From assembly GCF_001194135.2 (NCBI RefSeq), contig NC_069009.1, positions 5,196,849-5,245,877 of the forward strand: a stretch of 49,029 bases of DNA, read 5' to 3'. Position numbers and translations under genes: made by a program. Under the pieces are notes generated by a model. The model was not told the DNA's origin. It ran no database searches and saw only the letters and a program-made list of their open reading frames with translations. This document shows positions 11,575 through 23,190 of this stretch, piece by piece. The stretch's first letter is position 1; each line of letters starts with the position of its first letter. The stretch comes from Octopus bimaculoides (taxonomy: Eukaryota).

Positions 11575-12525
11575 TGTATATATGTGTTTGTGTGTCTGTT
11601 TGTCCCCCCAACATCGCTTGACAACCGATGCTGGTGTGTTTACGTCCCTGTAACTTAGCGGTTAGGCAAAAAGGGCCCGATAGAATAAGTACTAGGCTTA
11701 CAAAGAATAAGTCCTAGGGTCGATTTGCTTGACTAAAGGCGGTGCTCCAGCATGGCCGCAGTCAAATGACAGAAACAAGTAAAAGAGTAAAGCGTATATA
11801 TGTTTGTGTGTGTGTGTTTGTCCCCCCACTAATGCTTGACATCCNNNNNNNNNNNNNNNNNNNNNNNNNNNNNNNNNNNNNNNNNNNNNNNNNNNNNNNN
11901 NNNNNNNNNNNNNNNNNNNNNNNNNNNNNNNNNNNNNNNNNNNNNNNNNNNNNNNNNNNNNNNNNNNNNNNNNNNNNNNNNNNNNNNNNNNNNNNNNNNN
12001 NNNNNNNNNNNNNNNNNNNNNNNNNNNNNNNNNNNNNNNNNNNNNNNNNNNNNNNNNNNNNNNNNNNNNNNNNNNNNNNNNNNNNNNNNNNNNNNNNNNN
12101 NNNNNNNNNNNNNNNNNNNNNNNNNNNNNNNNNNNNNNNNNNNNNNNNNNNNNNNNNNNNNNNNNNNNNNNNNNNNNNNNNNNNNNNNNNNNNNNNNNNN
12201 NNNNNNNNNNNNNNNNNNNNNNNNNNNNNNNNNNNNNNNNNNNNNNNNNNNNNCCGTAGTCAAATGACGGAAACAAGTAAAAGAGTAAAGCGTATATATG
12301 TTTGTGTGTGTGTGTGTGTGTGTGTGTTTGTCCCCCCACTAATGCTTGACATCCGATGCTGGTGTGGTGTGTTTATGTCCCGTAGCTTAGCAGTTTGGCA
12401 AAAGTGATCGACAGAATAAGTCCTGGCCTTACAAAGAATGAGTGCTGGCATCAATTCTTTTGACTAAAACCCTTTAAATGAATGCTCCAGTATGGCCGCA
12501 GTCAAATGACTGAAACAAGTAAAAA
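11575..12525 (+). mobile_element. Head-to-tail SINE family A 3' halves around a gap
   Basis: 3' half 11575-11790 is followed directly by another start; the sequence 11758-11844 reappears at 12254-12353. Confidence 0.85.
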
Positions 12526-12707
12526 AAATTTAAAAAAGAAGAATATAGAGTACCCCAGTTCTATACACTTGTGTTCTATACCTTTGTAACCCTACAGTAT
12601 CAACGTACTACACTTCTATAGACCTTATATCCATTTTCAATGGCTTTCTAAATCTGTAATTGTCTGTATCATAATAGTTTTGTAACTATACACAAACAAC
12701 CCTGCTC

Positions 12708-12825
12708 GTCCTTCCTTCCTTCCTACCTCATCTCTGCCTTCTTTCCTTTCTTCATTACATCCATTCTTCCTTCCTACCTCATCTCTGCCTTCTTTCCTTT
12801 CTTCATTACATCCATTCTTCCTTCC
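12708..12825. repeat. 51-bp tandem duplication in a CT-rich tract
   Basis: tacctcatctctgccttctttcc... at 12724 and 12775. Confidence 0.9.
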
Positions 12826-12969
12826 CTCCCTTCCCCACCATTTTTCATCACCAACCCCCAAAACACCCTAAACACACCCACCATCACCATAAACACAACC
12901 AGTCAATATCAGCTTTCAGATAAGTCTAATCCCAAAAGCTGCCATTAATCCTAAAACTATAACACCCCA

Positions 12970-13285
12970 GGAGATAGCATGTGGCTTAGAGGTTAGGGCA
13001 TTCAGCTCCCAATCATTAGGTTGTGAGTTCAATTCCCAGCAACACTGTGCCCTTGAGCAAGACCCTTTCTTCCACATTAGTCCATTCAGCTGACAAAAAT
13101 GAATTGTACCTGTAATTCAAAGGGGCCAGCCTTGTTACATTCTGTGTCATGCTGAATCTCCTTGAAGACTACGCTTAGGGTTACTCGGGTCTGTGGAGTG
13201 CTCAGTGATTTGCCTTGCATGTTAATTTCACAAACAAGCTGTTCGATTGATCGGATCATCTGGAACCCTCTGCATCGTAACAAAC
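12970..13285 (+). mobile_element. SINE family B (second tail type)
   Basis: GTGGCTTAGAGGTTAGG...GAGTTCAATTCC head, CCTTGAGCAAGAC core, tail ...gatcggatcatctggaaccctc...acggaatgcca. Confidence 0.85.
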
Positions 13286-13790
13286 GGAATGCCAGTGTCC
13301 TTGGGCAAGACACTTTACTTCACATTGCTACAGTCCACTCAGCTGGCAAAAATGAGTAGTACCTGTAATTCAAAAGGGCTGACCATTTCACTTTCTTATT
13401 TCTTTATTGCCCACAAGGGGCTATACACAGAGGGGACAAACAAGGACAGACAAAGAGATTAAGTCGATTACATCGACCCCAGTGCTTCACTGGTACTTAA
13501 TTTATCGACCCCGAAAGGATGAAAGGCAAAGTCGACCTTGGCGGAATTTGAACTCAGAACATAATGGCAGACGAAATACCGCTAAGCATTCCACCCAGCG
13601 TGCTAACGTTTCTGCCAGCTCACCGCCTTACTTTCTGTGTCACTCTGAATCACCTTGAGAACCACGTTAAGGGTACGTGTGCCTGTGGAGTACTCAGCCA
13701 CTTGTACATTAATTTCACGAGCAGGCTGTTCCACTGATCGAATCAACTGGAACACTTGTTGTCATAACTAACAAAGAGCCAGGGTAGCTG
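13284..13790 (+). mobile_element. 5'-truncated SINE family B interrupted by a SINE C insertion
   Basis: gtgtccttgggcaagacac core; the body resumes at 13630 after the insertion. Confidence 0.85.
13397..13629 (-). mobile_element. Full-length SINE family C with 7-bp TSD
   Basis: Minus strand aaggcggtgagctggcagaaacg...gggcaataaagaata; ACTTTCT duplicated at 13390-13396 and 13630-13636. Confidence 0.92.
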
Positions 13791-14259
13791 TAAACCTCAT
13801 AGTACCCCTGTACTATAGCCCTATGCCTCTGAAAGCCTACAGTAGTCACCCTCTATGGCTTTGTAAACCTGTAATTATCCAAATACTAATAGGTTTCTAA
13901 TTGTACAAATGACCCTGCTCTTCGTTTCCTTCCAACCATCTTTCCTTCCTTCCTTCCTTTCCTCTCCATTTTCCTTCTTCGCTATTTTCCTTCCTCAAAC
14001 ACCCTCCTTGCCTATTCCCACCACCACCACCACCACCACCACCACCACCGAAGTTAAACACAACAACCAGCCGATGTCTGCTTTTAGACAAGTCTAATCT
14101 CAAACGCTGCCATTAATCCTCTCGTTTGGCTCTCCAAGGCCATTAATTACTTCCAACTTTAATTTATTACATGAAAAGCTCAGCAAGTTTCTCTCTCCCT
14201 AATTTATTAAACTCCATGTTCTTTGGTTCTTTGTGTGATTCCTGGCATTTACTTTCTGC

Positions 14260-14268
14260 CATTTACCA

Positions 14269-14300
<32 letters not shown>

Positions 14301-14347
14301 TGCCATTGTTCTTATTATTACCATTGATATTATTATTATTATTATTA

Positions 14348-14392
<45 letters not shown>

Positions 14393-14436
14393 TCATTGCT
14401 ATTAATATTACTGCCATTGTTATTATTATCGTTTGC

Positions 14437-14476
<40 letters not shown>

Positions 14477-14955
14477 GTTGTTGTTGTTGCTTTTATTATC
14501 TTTGTTATTAATATAGTTGTTGCTATTGTTGTTTATTATGTAATCGGTAGAGCGTTGAAGCACAAATGTATTGCAGTTTTCAATTACATTCCATTAAGTT
14601 ATGAGTTCAAATCCCTGTTTGGTGGTGGTGGTAGTGGCAGTGGCGGAAGTCATTCTGATGGTTGGGGTAGTGGTGGGGGGTTAGGGTGCAGTGGAGGTCA
14701 TAGTTGGTGGTGACTGTGGTGTTAAAGTTGGTGGTGGTGGTGGTGGTGTGGATGGTTATGACAGTGGTGGTAGTGTTGGTAGATGTGGCTGTGCTGGTAG
14801 TTATGGAGGTGGTGGTGGTGGTGATGGTAGTAATGGTGGTAGTGGTGGTGATAGTGGTGGTTGTGGTGGTAATAGTGATGGTGTTGGTGTCGGTAATGGT
14901 GGTGGTGATAGTGGCGGTGTTGGTGATGGTGGTGATGGTGATGGTTGTGGTGGGG
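14260..14955. repeat. (ATT)n/(GTT)n/(GGT)n mosaic low-complexity tract
   Basis: Direct inspection; source of poly-L/I/V/G/H pseudo-ORFs. Confidence 0.95.
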
Positions 14956-15417
14956 GTCCCTTTCCATCGACATTATACCTCATGCCACAATGTGAAGATC
15001 CTTTTATATTAAAAAGGTGAAAGGAAATAAAATTACATGATAGAATCGTAGTCTTGGATAGGAAAACACATGACAAAGAAAAGACCTCAAAATTTTGACT
15101 AGGAAATAAATTCTCTAAAACTAATTCTAAAACTAGGAAAATGCTACAATTTTGACTAAGAAACAGTTCAGAAAGAAAGTGGTAATATTGACAAAGAAAT
15201 GTATCCAAAGAAAAGAATCACAGAAAAAGAATCTATTTTGGCTAGGAAAAGAAACACAGAAACTGTCAAAATTTTGGCTGGGAAAATATTCACTGAAAAA
15301 GATGCTATTCTGGCTAGTAAACGAAATACAATCTTGGCTACAAAAATATTTGATATTTAATTTTTTCCATGTTTTTTACATGTTGGTGTTACCATTTGAA
15401 ATGATCGTATGCATGGA

Positions 15418-15567
15418 TTAACCCTTTCGTTACCAACCCAGCTGAAACCGGCTCTGGCTCTGTAGTACAAATGTCTTGTTTTCATAAGTTTTGAATTAAT
15501 ATCATCCACCAAACCTTAGTCAAAATTTATGCTCCTAACACTAGCTGAATGATAACTAAGTTATTCT
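15418..15567 (+). mobile_element. TTAA-CCC-terminated non-autonomous DNA element (piggyBac-like MITE), truncated by a later insertion
   Basis: TTAA (15418-15421) followed by CCCTTTCGTTACC; other end not visible. Confidence 0.55.
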
Positions 15568-15655
15568 ACATTATTTACATTATTTACATTTGACGGATAT
15601 TTGTCCTCATCTTGTTTGTTGTTAACACAACGTTTCAGCTGATATACCCTCCAGC
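15568..15655 (-). mobile_element. Retroelement 3' end with half of a hammerhead-like core and (AATGTAAAT)n tail
   Basis: Minus strand GCTG-gagggtatat-CAGC-T-GAAAC-GTT-GTGTT...gtcaaatgtaaataatgtaaataatgta. Confidence 0.65.
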
Positions 15656-15795
15656 ATATGGTGTAGTGGTTAAGAGCGCGGGCTACTAACCCCAAGATTC
15701 CGAGTTCGATTCACGGCAGCGACCTGATTAATAATAATAGTAATAATAATAATAATAATAATATAATAATAGTAACATCGTTAGGAATGAGAACC
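15654..15795 (+). mobile_element. tRNA-Ser-like SINE head followed by (AAT)n
   Basis: A box TGGTGTAGTGGTT (15659-15671), anticodon-like arm GGG-CTACTAA-CCC, B box GAGTTCGATTC (15702-15712); acceptor stem does not pair. Confidence 0.8.
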
Positions 15796-16251
15796 NNNNN
15801 NNNNNNNNNNNNNNNNNNNNNNNNNNNNNNNNNNNNNNNNNNNNNNNNNNNNNNNNNNNNNNNNNNNNNNNNNNNNNNNNNNNNNNNNNNNNNNNNNNNN
15901 NNNNNNNNNNNNNNNNNNNNNNNNNNNNNNNNNNNNNNNNNNNNNNNNNNNNNNNNNNNNNNNNNNNNNNNNNNNNNNNNNNNNNNNNNNNNNNNNNNNN
16001 NNNNNNNNNNNNNNNNNNNNNNNNNNNNNNNNNNNNNNNNNNNNNNNNNNNNNNNNNNNNNNNNNNNNNNNNNNNNNNNNNNNNNNNNNNNNNNNNNNNN
16101 NNNNNNNNNNNNNNNNNNNNNNNNNNNNNNNNNNNNNNNNNNNNNNNNNNNNNNNNNNNNNNNNNNNNNNNNNNNNNNNNNNNNNNNNNNNNNNNNNNNN
16201 NNNNNNNNNNNNNNNNNNNNNNNNNNNNNNNNNNNNNNNNNNNNNNNNNNN

Positions 16252-16369
16252 TCCTATCGGTCTCTTTTGCCGAACTGCTAAGTTATGGGGACGTAAACAC
16301 ACCAGCATCAGTTGTCAAGCGATGTTGTGGGGACAAACACAGACACAAAAAACATATACACACACATAC

Positions 16370-16401
<32 letters not shown>

Positions 16402-16565
16402 GACGGGCTTCTTTCAGTTTCCGTCTACCAAATCCACTCACAAGGCTTTGGGGCTTTGGTCAGCCTGAAGCTATAGTGGAAGACACTTGTCCAAGGTGCC
16501 ACACAGTGGGACTGAACCCAAAACCATGTGGTTGGTATATGAGCTACTTACCACACAGCCACTCA
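16252..16565 (-). mobile_element. SINE family A (tail in gap)
   Basis: Family A body and head; small GGCTTTGG duplication near 16444-16460. Confidence 0.9.
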
Positions 16566-16584
16566 TGTATATAAATATATATAT

Positions 16585-16790
16585 ATATGTTTGTGTGTGT
16601 GTGTTTATGTGTCTATGTTTGTCCCCCATCACTAATGGACAACTAGTGTTAGTGTATTTATATTCCTGTAACTTAGCAGTTCACCAAAAGAGATCGATAA
16701 AATAAGTACCTGGCTTAAAAAAAGTACTCAATTCATTTGAGTAAAGATTCATCAAGGTGATGCCCCATCATGGCCACAGTCAAATACTGG
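16585..16790 (+). mobile_element. SINE family A 3' half, diverged, inverted relative to the previous copy
   Basis: (TG)n...tttgtcccc...taacttagcagttc...ataagtacc...catcatggccacagtcaaat. Confidence 0.75.
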
Positions 16791-16913
16791 GTGACCATGT
16801 CTACCCCTTTACAGCAGCACACTTGTTTCTGTCTTCTTTCTTGTTACCTCTCTCTTCCCCTCTCTCTCTCTCTTCCTCATTTCCTCTCTTTCTTTCTCTT
16901 GCTCCCTCTCCCT

Positions 16914-16945
<32 letters not shown>

Positions 16946-17959
16946 TTGCCTCCCTCTCTGTTCCTCTCTGGCCAGATAGACATGAACTTCCTCTATAGCA
17001 AGACACCTGTTGCTGCCCCTCTGTCTCTCCGTCACACTCTAACCTTTCATCATCTGACACAAGACTACCTCCTCCAGTGCCCCCCTCCCCTCTCAAAATG
17101 GCTGGATATAGAGAGACAGAGAAATGCTGCGATTTTGGTTCGGAGATAAAGTCACAGGAAAACATGTCAAAATTGCTAGTTTATTTTGTCTCTTTGTCTT
17201 CTCTCCTGATGTTGTATGAACATTTAATGTGGTTTTAGAGTCAAGTTTTGTCTGCTCTATCTAGCTTGGAGGTATCTCTTAGATACCCTTAATTATAATT
17301 TTAATAATAATTATTACCTTTTGAGGTCTTTATTTCCACCTGATAGGATCGGTATTTTTAATAACGATCTTATCCTTATTTATATATACATATATATATA
17401 TANNNNNNNNNNNNNNNNNNNNNNNNNNNNNNNNNNNNNNNNNNNNNNNNNNNNNNNNNNNNNNNNNNNNNNNNNNNNNNNNNNNNNNNNNNNNNNNNNN
17501 NNNNNNNNNNNNNNNNNNNNNNNNNNNNNNNNNNNNNNNNNNNNNNNNNNNNNNNNNNNNNNNNNNNNNNNNNNNNNNNNNNNNNNNNNNNNNNNNNNNN
17601 NNNNNNNNNNNNNNNNNNNNNNNNNNNNNNNNNNNNNNNNNNNNNNNNNNNNNNNNNNNNNNNNNNNNNNNNNNNNNNNNNNNNNNNNNNNNNNNNNNNN
17701 NNNNNNNNNNNNNNNNNNNNNNNNNNNNNNNNNNNNNNNNNNNNNNNNNNNNNNNNNNNNNNNNNNNNNNNNNNNNNNNNNNNNNNNNNNNNNNNNNNNN
17801 NNNNNNNNNNNNNNNNNNNNNNNNNNNNNNNNNNNNNNNNNNNNNNNNNNNNNNNNNNNNNNNNNNNNNNNNNNNNNNNNNNNNNNNNNNNNNNNNNNNN
17901 NNNNNNNNNNNNNNNNNNNNNNNNNNNNNNNNNNNNNNNNNNNNNNNNNNNNNNNNNNN

Positions 17960-18016
<57 letters not shown>

Positions 18017-18453
18017 TATATATACATACATATATACATATATTTATACATATATATATATACACACACATACACAGACAGTAGGGTGTGATTTGAGGGC
18101 AATATGGCTGCTATATTTACCAGGTCTAGTTACCATATAGAGCCTTCCTGACTTGCTAGTAGTAGTGGTAGTAGTATTGATAATGGTGGAGGTATGTAAC
18201 TCTTTGCAAATGCCTTACGGTACACTGTGTCTAAGTGTACCTGGGTATACACATGTGTATGTGCAAGTGTGATTTATGACTTAAAATGTGAAGTCTTATT
18301 TTCCCTGAGACAGATGTCATGTTTCCATAGCAACTGTCATTAAATGAAACTCCAATTAAAAATATTTCAATTGTAATTAAAAAATCACTCTCCCTCTTTA
18401 CTAAAAGAGAATTTATGTTTTAATTTCATCAATAATACATGCATGTATGTGTT

Positions 18454-18484
<31 letters not shown>

Positions 18485-19333
18485 GTAAATACATACACAC
18501 ATACATATACTACACATACATACATATATATATGTGTTTTTGTGTGTATNNNNNNNNNNNNNNNNNNNNNNNNNNNNNNNNNNNNNNNNNNNNNNNNNNN
18601 NNNNNNNNNNNNNNNNNNNNNNNNNNNNNNNNNNNNNNNNNNNNNNNNNNNNNNNNNNNNNNNNNNNNNNNNNNNNNNNNNNNNNNNNNNNNNNNNNNNN
18701 NNNNNNNNNNNNNNNNNNNNNNNNNNNNNNNNNNNNNNNNNNNNNNNNNNNNNNNNNNNNNNNNNNNNNNNNNNNNNNNNNNNNNNNNNNNNNNNNNNNN
18801 NNNNNNNNNNNNNNNNNNNNNNNNNNNNNNNNNNNNNNNNNNNNNNNNNNNNNNNNNNNNNNNNNNNNNNNNNNNNNNNNNNNNNNNNNNNNNNNNNNNN
18901 NNNNNNNNNNNNNNNNNNNNNNNNNNNNNNNNNNNNNNNNNNNNNNNNNNNNNNNNNNNNNNNNNNNNNNNNNNNNNNNNNNNNNNNNNNNNNNNNNNNN
19001 NNNNNNNNNNNNNNNNNNNNNNNNNNNNNNNNNNNNNNNNNNNNNNNNNNNNNNNNNNNNNNNNNNNNNNNNNNNNNNNNNNNNNNNNNNNNNNNNNNNN
19101 NNNNNNNNNNNNNNNNNNNATATATATGCATGTGTATGTATATGTATATATTTGTTTAATATTCATTTCTTTCACTATAATTGCTTTCTTAATAATAAAA
19201 TAATTATTTAGATTCTGATGAGTTTCTTTTTAACATTTGTTTATTAATGATTAATAATATTCTCAATTGGTATTTTAAGAAGTTCATTTTTTTTTTATTC
19301 AGTTCTTTCTTCCCCTTCATTATTACTATTATA

Positions 19334-20539
19334 ATTACCTCCGCCTTAACGAAGGTGGAGGTATTGTTTTCAGTCGTATTTGTCTGTCCATGGACAACAT
19401 ATCTCAAGAACTGCTGGATGGATTCCGATGAAACTTTCAGGGATGTTTGGCCACATGACTGGCACAAACTGATTAGATTTTGGGATCGTTCTGGTACTGG
19501 ACAAGGACTCTGGATTATTTTTCCCGTGTTTTTACTTAATTTTCAAGAGCGGTCAGGTTCATTTTTGTATTCTCGTTTGTGAGAGCAGTCGAGTTTATTT
19601 CAAATATTCTCATTTTAAAAATCATCTCCAGCTAATTTTTGAAAGGACATTGGTGTTGTCTTGGCAGAGGTTTGTGCTCTCTGAGTGCTCTTGTTATATA
19701 TTATTATCATTATTATTATTACCTCCACCTTAACAAAGGTGGAGGTATTGTTTTCAGTCGTATTTGTTTGTCCGCAGACAAGATATCTCAAGAACTGCTG
19801 GCTGGATTCCGATGAAACTTTCAGGGACGTTTGGCCTCGTGACTGGCACAAACTGATTAGATTTTGGGATCGATCTGGTACCAGACATGGATTCTGGATT
19901 ATTTTTCCCGTTTTTTAACTTAATTTTTGAGAGCAATCGAATTCATTTTTAGTATTCTCGTTTGTGAAAGCCGTCGAGTTTATTTCAGATATTCTCATTT
20001 TAGAAATCATCTCCAGCTAATTTTTGAGAGGGTGTTGGTGTTGTCTTGGCAGAGGTTTGCACACTCTGGATGCTCTTGCTATATATTATTATCATTATTA
20101 TTATTACCTCCACCTTAACAAAGGTGGAGGTATTGTTTTTCAGTCGTATTTGTTTGTCCGCAGACAAGATATCTCAAGANNNNNNNNNNTATTACCTCCG
20201 CCTTAACAAAGGTGGAGGTATTGTTTTTCAGTCGTATTTGTTTGTCCGCAGACAAGATATCTCAAGAACTGCTGGATGGATTCGGATGAAACTTTCAGGG
20301 ACGTTTGACCTTGTGACTGGCACAAACTGTTTAGATTTTGGGATCGATCTGGTACCGGACAAGGATTCTGGATTATTTTTCTTGCTTTTTAGCTTAATTT
20401 CTGAGAGCAGTCGGGTTCGTTTGTGAGAGTAGTCAAGTTTATTTCAGATATTCTCATTTTAAAAATCATCTCTGGCTAAACTTCGAGAGGACATTGGTGT
20501 TGCCTCGGAAGAGATTTGCGCTCTCTGAGTGCTCTTGTT
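19334..20539 (+). mobile_element. Head-to-tail array of about 365-bp Helentron/DINE-1-like non-autonomous elements (3 full copies plus 1 partial)
   Basis: Copies at 19334-19695, 19718-20080, 20103-20179 (partial), 20191-20539; each has a 5' hairpin ACCTCC(G/A)CCTT-aac(g/a)-AAGGTGGAGGT, a 3' subterminal GG(C/A)AGAG motif complementary to the 5' end, a small GC(A/G)CTC..GAGTGC stem-loop and a CTTG(T/C)T end, separated by (ATT)n. Confidence 0.75.
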
Positions 20540-20546
20540 ATATATT

Positions 20547-20605
<59 letters not shown>

Positions 20606-21220
20606 CATTATTATTATTATTATTACTATTATCATCATCATAATTACTTTTATTCCTAATATTATTTCCTATTTGGATACATTTTGTACCTTATTATTAG
20701 TAATATTCTCCTTGTTTTTCTTCCACTTCATCTTCTCCTCCTCCTCCATCTTCTCTTCCTCCTCCATCTTCTCTTCCTCCTTTTTCACCTCCTCCTCTTC
20801 CTTCTTGTTCTTCATCTTTTCCTCCCATTCTTCTCTTTGTTCTTGGTCTTCTTCATCTTCTCGTTTTTCTTCATCTTCTCATTTTTCTTCATCTTCTCCT
20901 CCTCCTTCTCTTCCTCCTCCTTCATCTTCTCTCCCTCCTCCTCCTCCTCCTCCTCCTCCTCCCATCTCTTCTTGTCTTCCTTCTCATCATCATTATCTAT
21001 TACTAGTACTATTGTCATTGTTTTTGTTGTTGATGTTATTTTTTGTATAATCATTATTCTTATTACGATTATAATTATTATCATTCCTCTTAACATTATC
21101 TTTATTATTACTGCTATTATTACCATTATTATTTTCCATTTAGCATCAGTTATATATTTTAATTATTCTAATCATTATAATTATTATTGTCTTTATTATT
21201 AATATTATTAGTATTATTTT
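20540..21220. repeat. (ATT)n/(CTT)n/(CCT)n low-complexity tract
   Basis: Direct inspection. Confidence 0.95.
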
Positions 21221-21418
21221 TTTTTGTATTTTCACTAGTTTTTCAGAGGGATAATAATTTTCTGTTTTTCATTTGAAATATTTTAACCATATTTGTTTTT
21301 TAATTTTTGATTATTAATTTAGATCATCATTGATTAGTAGAACACACACGCACACACGTGTGTGTGTGTGTGTGTGTGAAAAAAGCTGGATGTCACTGAG
21401 TACATATATGTATTGATG

Positions 21419-21800
21419 TAAGTGCAGGCATGGCTGTGTATTAAGAAGCTTGCTTCCCAACCACATGGTTCCGGGTTCAGTCCCACTGCATGGCACCTTG
21501 GGCAAGTGTCTTCTACTATAACCTCAGGCTAACCAGAGCCTTGTTAGTGAATTTGGCAGAAACGTTAGCACGCCGGACGAAATGCTTAGCAGTATTTCGT
21601 CTGCTGCTACGTTCTGAGTTCAAATTCCACCGAGGTCGACTTTGCCTTTCATCCTTTCGGGGTCGATTAAATAAGTACCAGTTACGCACTGGGGTCGATA
21701 TAATCGACTTAATCAGTTTGTCTGTCCATGTTTGTCCCCTCTGTGTGTAGCCCCTAGTGGGCAGTAAAGAAATAGGAAACTGAAAGAAGCCTGTTGTATA
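21419..21800 (+). mobile_element. SINE family A head with a SINE family C copy (21553-21774) inserted or fused
   Basis: Host reads ...gtgaatttggcaga| then family C from ggcagaaacgttagc to gggcagtaaagaaata, then the host resumes ggaaactgaaagaagcc. Confidence 0.88.
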
Positions 21801-21805
21801 TACAT

Positions 21806-21886
21806 TCTTTTATTCTTTTATTTGCTTCAGTCATTTGACTGCTGCCATGCTGGAGCACTGCCTTCGGTCGAGCAAATCGACCCCAC
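21806..21886 (-). mobile_element. SINE family A 3' fragment
   Basis: ttcagtcatttgactgctgccatgctggagcac...aaatcgacccc. Confidence 0.8.
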
Positions 21887-22345
21887 AACTACCCCAACAA
21901 ACCAAACCACATCTCTTCACTTCCTCACATTTCCTCCTTTTCATGCACTATACTTATGCTTATCTCTCGCTCTCCCGATCCTGACCTCACTGCCCTGCCC
22001 ACTGTATCATTGCTTTCCTGTTGTACCCTGTCTCCTCTATATACCCGCATTTCACCAGTTACTGCATTTATGTTAAGCCTCTATCCTCTACTCATACACC
22101 TTTGCCAGTACCCTACCATTCTATATTCTAAACCCCATACCTTGATGGTATGCCCTGGCACTTCACCACCATTGAATTCTTCCATGCTCTACTCTACCAT
22201 CCATTTATATTCTGAGCTCTGTTCCTAATCAATATGTCCTGGCACTTTGCCACCATCTCTATTCTGTTCTATCTTGCCCTCTTACTCTCTTCTACACTCT
22301 CTTTCTCTTGCTCTCTCCCTCTGACTGGTTAACCATGTTCCAGAT

Positions 22346-22822
22346 CTGTCCTTGTTCCAGATCACATACTCTCTCTCCGACAGGGTAACCATGTATCTCC
22401 TCTACAGCAACACCTTGTTTCTGTCCTTGTTCCAGATCACACACTCTCTCTCCGACAGGGTAACCATGTATCTCCTCTACAGCAACACCTTGTTTCTGTC
22501 CTTGTTCCAGATCATATACTCTCTCTCCGACAGGGTAACCATGTATCTCCTCTACAGCAACACCTTGTTTCTGTCCTTGTTCCAGATCACATACTCTCTC
22601 TCCGACAGGGTAATCATGTATCTCCTCTNNNNNNNNNNNNNNNNNATCTGTCCTTGTTCCAGATCACATACTCTCTCTCCGACAGGGTAACCATGTATCT
22701 CCTCTACAGCAACACCTTGTTTCTGTCCTTGTTCCAGATCACACACTCTCTCTCCGACAGGGTAACCAGGTATCTCCTCTACAGCAACACCTTGTTTCTG
22801 TCCTTGTTCCAGATCACATACT
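22346..22822 (+). repeat. 75-bp minisatellite (at least 6 units, gap inside)
   Basis: gtccttgttccagatca... at 22348, 22423, 22498, 22573, 22650, 22725, 22800; near-identical units. Confidence 0.95.
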
Positions 22823-22829
22823 CTCTGCT

Positions 22830-23190
22830 GATACTGATGATGATGATGATGACCATATTGTAGATGATGATGGTGATGACGATGACGACAATCATGATGA
22901 TGATGGTGATGGTGATTATGATGATGACAGCAATGATGATGACGATGATGGCGGTGATGATTGTGGTGATGATGGTGATGTCGATGATGATGATTATGAA
23001 GAAGATGGTGATGACCGTCATCATCATGTTGGTGAAGATGATGACGACGATGACGATGATGATAATGGCAATGAAGACAGTGACGAAGGTGATAGTAACG
23101 ACGCTGATTACAACAGTCGTGGCAACAGTGGGAACAATTACAACAACAACGACAACAACAACAACATCGACAACAGCGGCGGCGGCGGCA
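22830..23190. repeat. (GAT/GAC/AAC)n cryptic trinucleotide tract
   Basis: Direct inspection. Confidence 0.9.

Noticed and set aside
11758-12353. Duplicated sequence either side of gaps (also 20103-20179 versus 20191 onward, and 22646 restarting the 75-bp array)
   Set aside because: Pattern typical of unmerged overlapping contigs or haplotypes; not counted as biological duplication without long reads.
15654-15727. Possible tRNA-Ser gene
   Set aside because: Acceptor stem does not pair, the ACT anticodon is atypical, and it runs into (AAT)n; it is a SINE-type head.
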